Of a stretch of DNA of 40,685 nucleotides, positions 27,328 through 36,529 are shown in pieces. The DNA comes from Gemmatimonadaceae bacterium (GTDB lineage Bacteria; Gemmatimonadota; Gemmatimonadetes; Gemmatimonadales; Gemmatimonadaceae): the NCBI GenBank assembly GCA_036398255.1, contig DASWQD010000291.1, positions 1 to 40,685 on the forward strand. The letters run 5' to 3'. How positions within the stretch are numbered: the stretch's first letter is position 1; each line of letters starts with the position of its first letter. Below the pieces are notes generated by a model. The model was not told the DNA's origin, searched no databases, and was given only the letters and a program-made list of their open reading frames with translations. The translations under genes were made by a program, and so were the position numbers.

Positions 27328-28344
27328 TCATTTTTCCGCAGTTTTCACGATCTGCTCACAGAGCTCCGGAAAGCTGATTCCCGCTGCTGCTGCCCCCTGC
27401 GGGATGAGACTCAGCTCGGTCATCCCGGGCAACGTATTGGCCTCGAGACAATAGAACTGGCCGCTTCCTCCATCATCATCGGACTCCGACAGCCGAAAAT
27501 CAATCCGTGCGTATCCCTTGAGCTTGAGCGCATTGAATGCGGCTACCGCCTGCTGTTGAATCAGCAACGTCTGTTCCCGCGAAAGTTTCGCTGGAAACTC
27601 CTCAGTCGCCATCCCCGCGGTGTACTTGCATTCGTAATCATAGATCTCGTGTACCGGCTTGATCTCGCCGACCGGCAGGGCTTTGCCGCCGAGGATTCCA
27701 ACCGTGAGCTCGCGCCCCGGGATGAACTCTTCGATCATCACTTCGTCATCATAGCGCCACGCTTCGGTGATCGCCGCTTCGAGATGCTCCCGCTTCTTGA
27801 CCACCGTGAGCCCGACTGTGGACCCCTGCTTCGACGGTTTGACGACGACAGGAAAGCCAATCTTGTTCGCAACGTCCTCGACCGAAGCAGGCGCCATCAT
27901 CCAGTCAGCAGTCTGCACTCCGGCGATTCGGAAGAGCTTCTTCGAGAGATCCTTGTCCATCGCCAGTGCGCTCGAGAGATGCCCGCTGCCCGTATACCTG
28001 ATGTGAGCCATGTCGAGCAGCGCCTGGATCGTTCCATCTTCTCCCATCCCTCCATGGAGTGCGAGGAACACGACGTCCGCTGTCGACACTTCAGGAAGTG
28101 TCTCGAGCCCAGTGAGAAATGAGCCGCCAGTGGTTTTCGCCAGCGTGTCGAGAGTCGGAGGAGCTGTTCCAACTGCGCTCGTGGCGAGTCGCTGCTCCTC
28201 TTCTGCGCTGATGATGCCGTTCGAGGGATCGAACGCAATTACGTCGTGGCCCCGCGATCTTAGAGCGAGCACGATTCTTATCCCCGAGGCGAGCGACACG
28301 TTTCGCTCGGCTGATTCACCGCCCATCAACACCGTGATTTTCAA
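27328..28344 (-). CDS. ddl: D-alanine--D-alanine ligase
   Basis: GGESAERNVSL.SG, LHGGMGEDG, MDK, KPSKQGSTVG, EEFIPGRE, YDYECKY, LEANTLPGMT; TTG start. Confidence 0.96.
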   Translation of the reverse strand: MKITVLMGGESAERNVSLASGIRIVLALRSRGHDVIAFDPSNGIISAEEEQRLATSAVGTAPPTLDTLAKTTGGSFLTGLETLPEVSTADVVFLALHGGMGEDGTIQALLDMAHIRYTGSGHLSSALAMDKDLSKKLFRIAGVQTADWMMAPASVEDVANKIGFPVVVKPSKQGSTVGLTVVKKREHLEAAITEAWRYDDEVMIEEFIPGRELTVGILGGKALPVGEIKPVHEIYDYECKYTAGMATEEFPAKLSREQTLLIQQQAVAAFNALKLKGYARIDFRLSESDDDGGSGQFYCLEANTLPGMTELSLIPQGAAAAGISFPELCEQIVKTAEK

Positions 28345-28355
28345 CTTCCTTGCTC

Positions 28356-29750
28356 CTACCTGCTCATCATGTAATGCAGCATGTCCGACCGCGTGACTAT
28401 TCCTGCTATCGTCCCGTTCTTGCGCACGAGCACAGCCGGGTTCGATTTCGACAACAGCTTCACTACGCTTTCGATCGGCTGATCGTCAGCAATCATCGGG
28501 AACGGGGAGTCCATGACCTCGCTCACCGTCGCGTCGAGCAACTTCGGATTCTCCAGGCTTCTCTGCGAGAGCGACCAGTCGATCACCGACCCCACGCAGT
28601 TGTCGCCATCCATCACCGGCAGCTGGGAGATGTCGTGCAGTGACATGAGACCCAGAGCCTGACGGACCGGCGCGCCGGGTGTCGTGCTGATGACAGAGGG
28701 AGTCTCGCTCTCCTTCAGCCCCAGTACATGCATGAGCGTGACTCGACCGGTGTCGAGCATCTGGTTCTCGCGCATCCACTCGTCGTTGTAGACCTTCGAC
28801 AGATATCGCTCTCCGGTGTCGCACAGCACGGTGACGATGAATGCATCGGGATCGTTCACCTCGCGTGCAACCCTCAGCGCGACGTGTGCAATCAGGCCTG
28901 ACGATCCGCCGACGAACAAGCCTTCCTCTCGCGTCAGCCGGCGCGCCATCGCAAAGGAATCCTTGTCGCTCACTGTCTCGAAGTCGTCGATGACGCTCAT
29001 GTCGAGCGTTCCCGGAATTTTGTCCTGGCCGATTCCTTCGACTTTATAGGGCACGCCTTCACGGATTTCCTTTCCATCGGTGCGCCAGTAGCTGGCGAGA
29101 ATCGACCCGACCGGATCTCCAGCGATGATCCTGATTTTCGGATTCTTTTCTTTCAGATAACGACCGACTCCGGTGATCGTGCCGCCGGTTCCCGCTGCGG
29201 AGACGAAGTGCGTTATGCGGCCCTCCGTCTGCTCCCACAGCTCCGGACCCGTGAAATCGTAGTGCGCCTGCGGATTTGCGTCGTTATAGAACTGGTCTGC
29301 GAGAATGGCGTTGGGAGTTTCCTTCGCGATTCGCTTCGCCATCATCACGTAGCTGTCGGGGTGGTCGGGCGGCACTGCTGTTGGTGTGACGATCACTTCC
29401 GCACCGAATGCCTTCAGCAGCCTCACTTTTTCCTGCGACATCTTGTCCGGCATCGTGAACACGCACTTGTAGCCGCGAATCGCCGCAGCGATTGCCAGCG
29501 CTGCACCGGTATTTCCGCTTGTTCCTTCGACGATCGTCCCGCCGGCCTTGAGCTTTCCCTCTCGCTCGGCTTTCTCGATGATCGGCATTGCAATCCGGTC
29601 CTTCACCGAGCCGCCGGGATTGAAGTACTCCGCTTTTGCGTAGACCGGAGTGCGTATCCCGCGCGTTACCGAGTTGAGACGGATGAGCGGAGTCCACCCG
29701 ATTGTATCGAGGATGGTCTCATAGGGGTGCCTGTTCCGCTCTGCGGTCAT
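28356..29750 (-). CDS. cbs: Cystathionine beta-synthase (PLP domain + tandem CBS domains)
   Basis: KAEYFNPGGSVKDR, TSGNTG, GTGGT, YKVEGIG, GGSSG, RYLSKVYNDEWM, two C-terminal CBS repeats. Confidence 0.9.
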   Translation of the reverse strand: MTAERNRHPYETILDTIGWTPLIRLNSVTRGIRTPVYAKAEYFNPGGSVKDRIAMPIIEKAEREGKLKAGGTIVEGTSGNTGAALAIAAAIRGYKCVFTMPDKMSQEKVRLLKAFGAEVIVTPTAVPPDHPDSYVMMAKRIAKETPNAILADQFYNDANPQAHYDFTGPELWEQTEGRITHFVSAAGTGGTITGVGRYLKEKNPKIRIIAGDPVGSILASYWRTDGKEIREGVPYKVEGIGQDKIPGTLDMSVIDDFETVSDKDSFAMARRLTREEGLFVGGSSGLIAHVALRVAREVNDPDAFIVTVLCDTGERYLSKVYNDEWMRENQMLDTGRVTLMHVLGLKESETPSVISTTPGAPVRQALGLMSLHDISQLPVMDGDNCVGSVIDWSLSQRSLENPKLLDATVSEVMDSPFPMIADDQPIESVVKLLSKSNPAVLVRKNGTIAGIVTRSDMLHYMMSR

Positions 29751-29757
29751 TTCCCGT

Positions 29758-30225
29758 TCAGCGAGTCGTGCTGGAGGACTTCGCTCCTGAATCTGCCTGC
29801 TTCAGGATCGTGTCCCCTGGAAGCGGAGGCGCTTCAGGATGCCTGAAGTAGACAGGAAATAAGATGGAAACGGGGACTGCCTGGCCGCGCGTCTTCGCCG
29901 GGATGAATCTCAGGTCGTTCGACCCCCTCACTGCCGCAGAGTCGAGCGGAGGAAATCCCGATGTCTCGGCAACGTGCGTCGACTCGCTGACGATCTGTCC
30001 TTCCTTGTCGATGTAGACGCGAAGCGTGACGTTGGCCTGCACCTTCTTCGAGTAGAGCGAAGGAGGATACCGGAAGGGAAGATCCTTGTTGAGCATCACC
30101 GGGAGCACGTCCGGTCGCGGGCCGACGCCGGAGAACGCGTCTCCGGTCTGAGCGTCCTTGCTGCACGCCAAGAGCGCTGTCGCAAACATCGCGATCAAAA
30201 GGAATCCACTTTTTTTCATCGACAT
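29758..30225 (-). CDS. Lipoprotein with TonB C-terminal domain
   Basis: Lipobox LLAC; YPP...QANVTLRVYIDKEG...SG.P.LD.AA...F.PA...G.AV. Confidence 0.8.
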   Translation of the reverse strand: MSMKKSGFLLIAMFATALLACSKDAQTGDAFSGVGPRPDVLPVMLNKDLPFRYPPSLYSKKVQANVTLRVYIDKEGQIVSESTHVAETSGFPPLDSAAVRGSNDLRFIPAKTRGQAVPVSILFPVYFRHPEAPPLPGDTILKQADSGAKSSSTTR

Positions 30226-30234
30226 TTCGATAAT

Positions 30235-32874
30235 CTACCCCTGCCTTGCGCGGCTCACGAGGCGATCCAGAAGTGCCAGCGCTTCGAGTGGCGTTGTTTT
30301 TTCCGGATCGATTTTCCTGAGCTCGTCTACCACCGGATGGTGTGCTCCGCCAAATAAAGTCAACTGATCGGGAGCCGCCTGGCCCTTGCCCGCCGTCTGT
30401 CCGCCACTTCTTCGCCCTGTAGTCCCGCCAAGTGCGGTCACTATTTGCTCCCCTTCGAAGAGTGCGAGCAATTTTCTCGCCCTCTCGAGAACCGCCGGCG
30501 GCAGCCCTGCAAGGCGCCCCACCTCAATTCCATACGATCGATCGGCACCGCCGGCAACGAGCCGGTGGAGGAACAGCACTTCATCTCCCGCTTCCTTCAC
30601 TTCCACACTATAGTTGCATGCTGATACTAATTCATCTGTGAGCTGCGTCAGCTCGTGATAGTGGGTTGCGAACACCGTCTTGCACCTGATCCTGTCGTGT
30701 AGGTACTCGCTCACTGACCACGCAATCGACACTCCGTCGTAGGTCGAAGTGCCGCGGCCAATCTCATCGAGCAGCACGAGACTTTTCGACGTAGCCGTAT
30801 GGAGAATTGCGCTCGTCTCCGACATCTCCACCATGAACGTCGACTGCCCGCGAACCAGGTTGTCGCTTGCGCCGACTCGAGTGAACAGCCGATCCACAAT
30901 TCCGATCCCGGCGGCTGATGCCGGAACGAAGCTGCCGATCTGCGCCATCAGGACTATGAGCCCGGTTTGCCGCAGGATCGTTGATTTTCCCGACATGTTC
31001 GGACCAGTCAGGATGATCATCCTCGCATTTTCCGGAAGTCTGATGTCGTTCGGAATGAACTTCTCGCGCGCCATCATTCGCTCGACCACCGGATGTCGTC
31101 CGGCGGTGATCGAGAGATCGAATCCGTTCGTCACTTCGGGACGAACATATCCCTCACGCTCGGCGACTTCGGCGAGACATGAGAGAACATCCAGCTCCGC
31201 AGTTATCTGCGCCGCGCACTGAAGTCGTCGTATCTGCGCGCCGACTCTCCTGCGAAGGTCCTCGAACAGCTCACGCTCACGCTGCTCGATCCTCTCGGCA
31301 GCAGTCAGAACTTTTTCCTCGTGCTCCTTCAGCGCGGGCGTCACATAGCGCTCGGCACCCGTGAGTGTCTGTCGGCGCTGATAATCAGCTGGTACCAGGT
31401 GAGAATTGCTGTTCGTGACTTCTATGAAGTATCCGAAGACCCGGTTGTAGCCGACTTTGAGCGAGTTGATGCCGGTTCGGCTGCGCTCGTCCATCTGGAT
31501 TTTTGCGATGGCATCCTTGCCGCCGTCACGCAACGAGCGCCATTCGTCGAGAGATGCGTCGACCCCGGCCTTGATGCATATCTCTTCGCCCATCGATATC
31601 GGAGGACGGTCCACGATCGTCGCCAGCACGTCAGCAGCGATTTCCGCGCATCCGTCCCATCGCTGCATCAGCCCCGCGAGCGGGCTGCCTGCAACTCCTC
31701 CTTCACCAGCAAGTTTTTCGAGCGCTTCGTGCAGCTGGGGAAGACGCGCGACTGAATCGCCCAGCGCACGCAGGTCGCGCGGCGTTCCCCGGCCTGCAGC
31801 AGCCTTGCTTCCGAGTCGCTCGATGTCTCGCACTCCGTCGAGTGCGTCTCGAACCGCTTCGCGGCCTATTGGATCACGCGCAAACAGGCCCACCGAATCG
31901 AGCCTCGAATCGATTGCAGTCTTTTCAGTAAGTGGGGTGAGTATCCACTGTCTCAGGAGCCGCGAGCCCATCGGGGTCTGAGTTCTATCGAGCACCGACA
32001 GCAGCGTTCCACCAGATTCGCCGCCGCGAAGTGACTCGACGAGCTCGAGATTGCGCCGAGTCATCTCGTCGAGCGGCATGGTCCCACCCGGCCTCTCCAC
32101 TACTGGACGCGAAAGATGTGGCACTCCGCCCGGCTGAAGTTCCCGCATGTAGCGCATGAGCGCCCCGGCAGCAGCGATCGCGGGCGTGTCTTCGTCTCCG
32201 ATTCCCAGGCCTTCGATCGATGCTACTCCGAAATGCCTTGCCATCTCTGCCGATGCGAGAGCCGGATCGAACTCCCAGGGCTCGCGTTCCGTTACGAGCG
32301 CGCTTTCCTCTCCGATGCCCGGCCTTGCTGTCGCGGCTGCATTGCGCGCTGTCAGGATCTCACGCGGAGCAAGGCGTGACATCGCTGCCTCCACGTCCTG
32401 CAGGAGTGCCACTATGAGGCGGAACTCTCCAGTCGAAAGATCTGCCGCAGCGATGCCGACTTTTTCTCCGTCAACATGCACCGCACAAAGAAAGTTGTTG
32501 CGGGTTTCATCGAGCAGGTCGTCGGCAAACGCCGCTCCGGGTGTGATCGTCTCGATTACTTCGCGACGGACAATTCCTTTTGCCTGCCTTGGATCTTCAG
32601 TCTGCTCGCAGATGGCTACACGGTAGCCCTGCTGAACCAGTCGCCGCAGATATTCGCTCGCAGCTTTCACCGGAACGCCGGCAAGAGGCACTTCCGACGA
32701 GCCGCCGTTGTTTCTCGAAGTCAGCGTGAGACCGAGCGCTCGCGAAGCGGTCTCGGCATCCTCGTAGAACATCTCGTAGAAATCGCCCATCCGGAAAAAC
32801 AGGATCGCGTTTTGATGCCGATCCTTGATTTCCCGGTACTGCTGCATCAACGGCGTGGACGTGGCGCGAGTCAC
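30235..32874 (-). CDS. mutS: DNA mismatch repair protein MutS
   Basis: TPLMQQY, GDFYEMF, GPNMSGKST, STFMVEM, DEIGRGT, ATHYHEL, SYGI; beta-clamp-like QLTLF. Confidence 0.98.
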   Translation of the reverse strand: MTRATSTPLMQQYREIKDRHQNAILFFRMGDFYEMFYEDAETASRALGLTLTSRNNGGSSEVPLAGVPVKAASEYLRRLVQQGYRVAICEQTEDPRQAKGIVRREVIETITPGAAFADDLLDETRNNFLCAVHVDGEKVGIAAADLSTGEFRLIVALLQDVEAAMSRLAPREILTARNAAATARPGIGEESALVTEREPWEFDPALASAEMARHFGVASIEGLGIGDEDTPAIAAAGALMRYMRELQPGGVPHLSRPVVERPGGTMPLDEMTRRNLELVESLRGGESGGTLLSVLDRTQTPMGSRLLRQWILTPLTEKTAIDSRLDSVGLFARDPIGREAVRDALDGVRDIERLGSKAAAGRGTPRDLRALGDSVARLPQLHEALEKLAGEGGVAGSPLAGLMQRWDGCAEIAADVLATIVDRPPISMGEEICIKAGVDASLDEWRSLRDGGKDAIAKIQMDERSRTGINSLKVGYNRVFGYFIEVTNSNSHLVPADYQRRQTLTGAERYVTPALKEHEEKVLTAAERIEQRERELFEDLRRRVGAQIRRLQCAAQITAELDVLSCLAEVAEREGYVRPEVTNGFDLSITAGRHPVVERMMAREKFIPNDIRLPENARMIILTGPNMSGKSTILRQTGLIVLMAQIGSFVPASAAGIGIVDRLFTRVGASDNLVRGQSTFMVEMSETSAILHTATSKSLVLLDEIGRGTSTYDGVSIAWSVSEYLHDRIRCKTVFATHYHELTQLTDELVSACNYSVEVKEAGDEVLFLHRLVAGGADRSYGIEVGRLAGLPPAVLERARKLLALFEGEQIVTALGGTTGRRSGGQTAGKGQAAPDQLTLFGGAHHPVVDELRKIDPEKTTPLEALALLDRLVSRARQG

Positions 32875-33896
32875 TTCACTTCGGCTTGGACCACGAATCC
32901 GGTTAGCTGCTTCGCCTTGAGTGATCGCTGTACCGCGCTTGCCTGTGACTGCGTTGCATACTTTCCAATTCGGACCCGGAACGGCGCGGCCGTTCCATCG
33001 ACACGCGCTTCGTACCCGTTTTTCTTGAGCCGTGCCACCATCGCTTCTGCCTGCGACCTCACATTGTAAGCTGCGACCTGCACGGACCAGACCTTCTCAC
33101 CGGTAGTAGTGGATGGCGACGGAGCTGGCTCCGCTGCCGGCTTAAGCACTGGCGGTGTCACCCTGACCGGCTCTGCCGCTGGAGGATTGACTCGCTGCGG
33201 CAGTACTGGTTTCGCGCTGTCCGCTTGAGGTGCGACCGTCTGCGGTGCCGACGAAACAGGGGCTGGAGGTACCGCAGGTGGAGACGTTGCGGGCTCAGAC
33301 TGAACAGGCGCCGTGGCCACCGGTGCCGGAGTGAGAGAGACCCCGGCACATCGCTGATTCAGATAGTTGATCTGGTTCCTCAGCTCAGTGTCGGTTTCAG
33401 GAGTGCGTGCGAGCGCATCTGCTATCGCGATGCATCCACCCTGAATGTCGTTCTTGTCGAACATGGCTCGCGCCATCCAATAGCCTGCTCTCCCGCGCGC
33501 TGGGCTTTCCGGATGTTCCGATGCAAGACGTCCGAGATGTCTCAGTGCTCCATCGTAATTGCCGCGTGCTATCTCGAGCTGCGCCAGCCGGATCAACGCA
33601 TCTTCGACTCGCGGCGAATTCGGATAGTCCACCACGATGCGCCGGTAATCCATTTCCGCATCTGCCGCGGTTGCAGCCAGAACGGCGCGCCAGTATACAC
33701 CCTCCGCGTAATCGTTCGATCCGGGCTGGGCAACCGCAATCATCGAATCCACCAGTGCTCGGCCCGCGGCGGCATTGCCGTCGTTCACCATTGTCTGCGC
33801 TCGCCGATACACCGGATTCACTGTCGGCGCCGCCTGCGCCGATACCAGTGATGTGCTTACGGCAAGAGCCAATACGATCCAGAGTGCCTTCCACAT
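32871..33896 (-). CDS. Exported TPR (CpoB/BamD-like) + Pro-rich linker + SPOR domain protein
   Basis: Signal peptide from ATG 33896 (MWKALW) with GGGAG SD; YPNSP..EDALIRLAQ TPR; WSVQVAAY...FRVRIG SPOR. Confidence 0.85.
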   Translation of the reverse strand: MWKALWIVLALAVSTSLVSAQAAPTVNPVYRRAQTMVNDGNAAAGRALVDSMIAVAQPGSNDYAEGVYWRAVLAATAADAEMDYRRIVVDYPNSPRVEDALIRLAQLEIARGNYDGALRHLGRLASEHPESPARGRAGYWMARAMFDKNDIQGGCIAIADALARTPETDTELRNQINYLNQRCAGVSLTPAPVATAPVQSEPATSPPAVPPAPVSSAPQTVAPQADSAKPVLPQRVNPPAAEPVRVTPPVLKPAAEPAPSPSTTTGEKVWSVQVAAYNVRSQAEAMVARLKKNGYEARVDGTAAPFRVRIGKYATQSQASAVQRSLKAKQLTGFVVQAEVK

Positions 33897-33915
33897 TGTG
33901 CTGCTCCCCACGGTG

Positions 33916-34977
33916 TTATGCCGCAATGCTTCTGTCGTCTTCGATACACATCGAAAGCACCAGCGACGACATGATCTGCTCTTCCGATGACAATCTCGTT
34001 TCCTTGAGTGCATGATCCGCATCGAGCAGCGCCTCGAGTGCACGATCGAGTGACGCTGCACTCCATCTGTCCGAAGCGGATGCCCATGCGGTTGCTGCCG
34101 AGCCCCATGACCTTCCCGTAAACAGCGACCCCGATTGTTTGAGGAGGCCAAAGTATTCGCTCTGCAGCCTGCTGCCGGAGAGACCTTCCCGAATTCTCGC
34201 TTTGCCCCACGCCAGGGCAATTGTTTGAACAGTGAGCGCCATTACCATCTGCACTGCCGATGTCTTTGGCTGGCTGAGTATCAGCGGCACCAGATCGAGA
34301 GCCTTCGAGAGGTTGCGCATTGCGACCTGATCCAGAAAATCCGCCATTGTCTCGCCGCGACGAACTCCGACAACAGCGGTGACGTCTCTCTCCTCTATTT
34401 CGCGCCCGTTTGCGAAACTCGCAAGCTTGTCGAGCTCCGATACAAGGAGATGCAGATCCGTACCCACTGCTGTCTGCAGCAGCTCGGCCGCTTCCGGAGT
34501 GATTTTCGAGTTGAAGTGAGTCGACGCATAATGCGCGATCCAGCGGGGAATTCTATCCGCCGTCAGGTACTCGAACTCGAGTGGTGTGGCGTTCTTCACC
34601 AGATCCTTGTCCGGTTTTCCGCCGGATGCCTCGACCATGATCACAAGCACATCGGGTGAGGGGCTCTGGAGATATTTGTCGAGAACTTTCCGCGCGTCCT
34701 TCTTCAGCGCACCTGCTTCACGTATGACGAGGATTCTCCGGTCTGCCATCATCGGCAGGGCCGACAGCGCTGCGTCGAGCGATTTTGCATCCAGATCCTG
34801 AGCTCGCGTCACTTCCATGTTGAAATCGCGCATCGCTGGCTCGACTGCCGCATCGACAAGCTGCTTTACGGCGTCATCTTTCTGGAAGTCGTCTTCGCCG
34901 TGGATGTAGTACGCCCCGTCGAAACTCCCTCGCTTGAGGGTATCGCGCAGTGTTTTGAGGGCGGTATTTGCGGACAC
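33916..34977 (-). CDS. holA: DNA polymerase III subunit delta
   Basis: YYIHGEDDF, DFN, LPMMADRRILVI, AAELL...G.DL..L.SELDKL, ALLDADHALK. Confidence 0.92.
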   Translation of the reverse strand: MSANTALKTLRDTLKRGSFDGAYYIHGEDDFQKDDAVKQLVDAAVEPAMRDFNMEVTRAQDLDAKSLDAALSALPMMADRRILVIREAGALKKDARKVLDKYLQSPSPDVLVIMVEASGGKPDKDLVKNATPLEFEYLTADRIPRWIAHYASTHFNSKITPEAAELLQTAVGTDLHLLVSELDKLASFANGREIEERDVTAVVGVRRGETMADFLDQVAMRNLSKALDLVPLILSQPKTSAVQMVMALTVQTIALAWGKARIREGLSGSRLQSEYFGLLKQSGSLFTGRSWGSAATAWASASDRWSAASLDRALEALLDADHALKETRLSSEEQIMSSLVLSMCIEDDRSIAA

Positions 34978-35017
34978 GCTGGCAAATATAAATGTCCGCC
35001 GGAAAGCTACCGGCTTT

Positions 35018-35539
35018 CTATCGGGCTGAGGTCAGCTCGATCGACGCAAAGTGAACCGGCGTCTGCTCTGCGTAAAAGGCCGCAGTCCAGAGCGGGAGCC
35101 CGAGCGAAACGGCAGCAACCATCTCGGGAGCCGGGCTCGCCGATGCCATTTCGGAGGTCGGAGCGATTGCGACTACAGGGGGAAGGGTCAGATCCTGCGG
35201 TGTATCTACCTGGCGGAGCGAAAAGCCGATATAGGCAAGCATTACAACACTTGAGAACGTCACTGCTGCGCCAAGCCTGCGTGTGCGGCTCGATCTTGCC
35301 GCTGCCATGTCCAGAAGTTTCGCTTCCTGAAGCTTTCTCTCGAGGTTCTTCGAGAAGTCCGGTGACGGTTCGATTCGTGGAAGATTGCGGAAAAGCATGA
35401 GCGATCGCCGGATGGTCGCATCGTGGCGCGCGCACTCTTCACACTCTGTCAGGTGCATCTGCATGCGGACGAGCTCGACACCAGGGAGGGTGTCGTCTAC
35501 GAATGCAAGATGTTGGTCGCGGAAGTCCCGACAGTCCAT
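35018..35539 (-). CDS. Zinc-binding (ZAS/zf-HC2) membrane anti-sigma factor
   Basis: MDC..F...H, H-x3-C-x2-C (HLTECEEC), one TM helix, directly downstream of an ECF sigma gene. Confidence 0.85.
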   Translation of the reverse strand: MDCRDFRDQHLAFVDDTLPGVELVRMQMHLTECEECARHDATIRRSLMLFRNLPRIEPSPDFSKNLERKLQEAKLLDMAAARSSRTRRLGAAVTFSSVVMLAYIGFSLRQVDTPQDLTLPPVVAIAPTSEMASASPAPEMVAAVSLGLPLWTAAFYAEQTPVHFASIELTSAR

Positions 35540-35628
35540 GATCCAGGTTTTGAGGGTTCGAAGTACCAGTACCCGCATCACGCGCACTGGTTCCCTCGAA
35601 CCCCCTTAACCTGTCACCAAACCGCCAA

Positions 35629-36273
35629 CTAATCCATATAGGGCGCGACGATCTCCGCGAAGGAATTCCGGGCCCTGTTCAGCCTCGACTTCACCGTGCC
35701 GAGATTGCAGTCGGTAATCTCCGCAATCTCCTCGTACGACTTGCCCTCGAGCTCCCGCAGCACGAACACATGCCGGTGATGCTCGGGCAGCTTTGCCACG
35801 GACTCTTCCACCAGCTCCCTCAGATGACGTTTGCGATACATGTCATCCGGTCGTGAGCTGGAGTCCTCGAACTGCAGCGGCCGATCGTCTTCCTGCCAGT
35901 TCTTCTGCACCGCCTGAAAGAGCACCAGCGGATTGCGCGAGCGGTTCCGTAGCTCGTTCTTGGCCAGGTTCGAAGCGATCGTGTACGCCCACGTCGAGAA
36001 CTTCTTCGAGCGATCGAACCTGTGAAGGTGACGATAGACGCGGATGAAAACCTCCTGCACCAGATCCTCCGCCTTCTCCCTGTCTCCGATAGTCCGGTAG
36101 ATGAAGTTCAGGAGACGCGTCTGATACCTGTCGACCAGCTCCGAAAAGGCTCTTTCTTCCCCGCTCAGGAACGCCGTCACGACGCCCGAATCGTCCATCG
36201 CGCGCAGCTGCTCACGGACGTTCGCTCCCTGCGGCTGAACTGCGACTGTCTGCTTACGAGCGATTGTTGCCAT
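35629..36273 (-). CDS. ECF RNA polymerase sigma factor (RpoE/SigW-like)
   Basis: Region 2 AEDLVQEVFIRVY...FSTWAYTIASN; region 4 LRELEGKSYEEIA...GTVKSRLNRAR; start taken as ATG 36273. Confidence 0.95.
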   Translation of the reverse strand: MATIARKQTVAVQPQGANVREQLRAMDDSGVVTAFLSGEERAFSELVDRYQTRLLNFIYRTIGDREKAEDLVQEVFIRVYRHLHRFDRSKKFSTWAYTIASNLAKNELRNRSRNPLVLFQAVQKNWQEDDRPLQFEDSSSRPDDMYRKRHLRELVEESVAKLPEHHRHVFVLRELEGKSYEEIAEITDCNLGTVKSRLNRARNSFAEIVAPYMD

Positions 36274-36361
36274 GCTGCATACCCCCAAAAAATGAGAATC
36301 CGACGAGGAAAGGACTGGTTCTGCCTCCTGGTTTGAGATTCTTCTGCACCCACCCACCATT

Positions 36362-36375
36362 GCAGGGCATGTGCC
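36362..36375 (-). promoter_or_regulatory. Putative sigma-54 promoter of the ECF sigma gene
   Basis: gGG-CACATGCCCT-GCA (GGCAC-N5-cTGCA). Confidence 0.6.
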
Positions 36376-36392
36376 CGTCATGGAACATCACG

Positions 36393-36405
36393 TAAGTAGT
36401 TGCTG
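36393..36405 (-). promoter_or_regulatory. IHF-like site
   Basis: CAGCAACTACTTA compared with the consensus WATCAANNNNTTR, at about -43 to -55. Confidence 0.4.
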
Positions 36406-36459
36406 GACAATTAGTTAGCCTAAAACAGTGCCGACAGTTGTCCAGCAATGAACCATCCG

Positions 36460-36479
36460 GTGTCCCAATTTCGAGACAC
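36460..36479. promoter_or_regulatory. Dyad resembling an enhancer-binding-protein UAS
   Basis: GTGTCCCAATTTCGAGACAC (GTGTC-N10-GACAC), at about -110 to -129. Confidence 0.5.
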
Positions 36480-36529
36480 ACTCATATAATGATTCTACGT
36501 TTGTTGGATGCTTTTGGGTTCTGCGGGGT

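Noticed and set aside
33897-34220. N-terminal extensions in the ORF track (SPOR 34220; also pfkA 24790, sigma 36381, anti-sigma 35587, sdpI 21319, small protein 22872, ada 19523)
   Set aside because: They overlap neighbouring genes or regulatory DNA; SDs, signal peptides and domain starts support the shorter starts
36485-36490. Perfect TATAAT on the + strand (antisense promoter into NUDIX)
   Set aside because: No plausible -35 or extended TG; a single hexamer in an AT-rich gap is insufficient evidence
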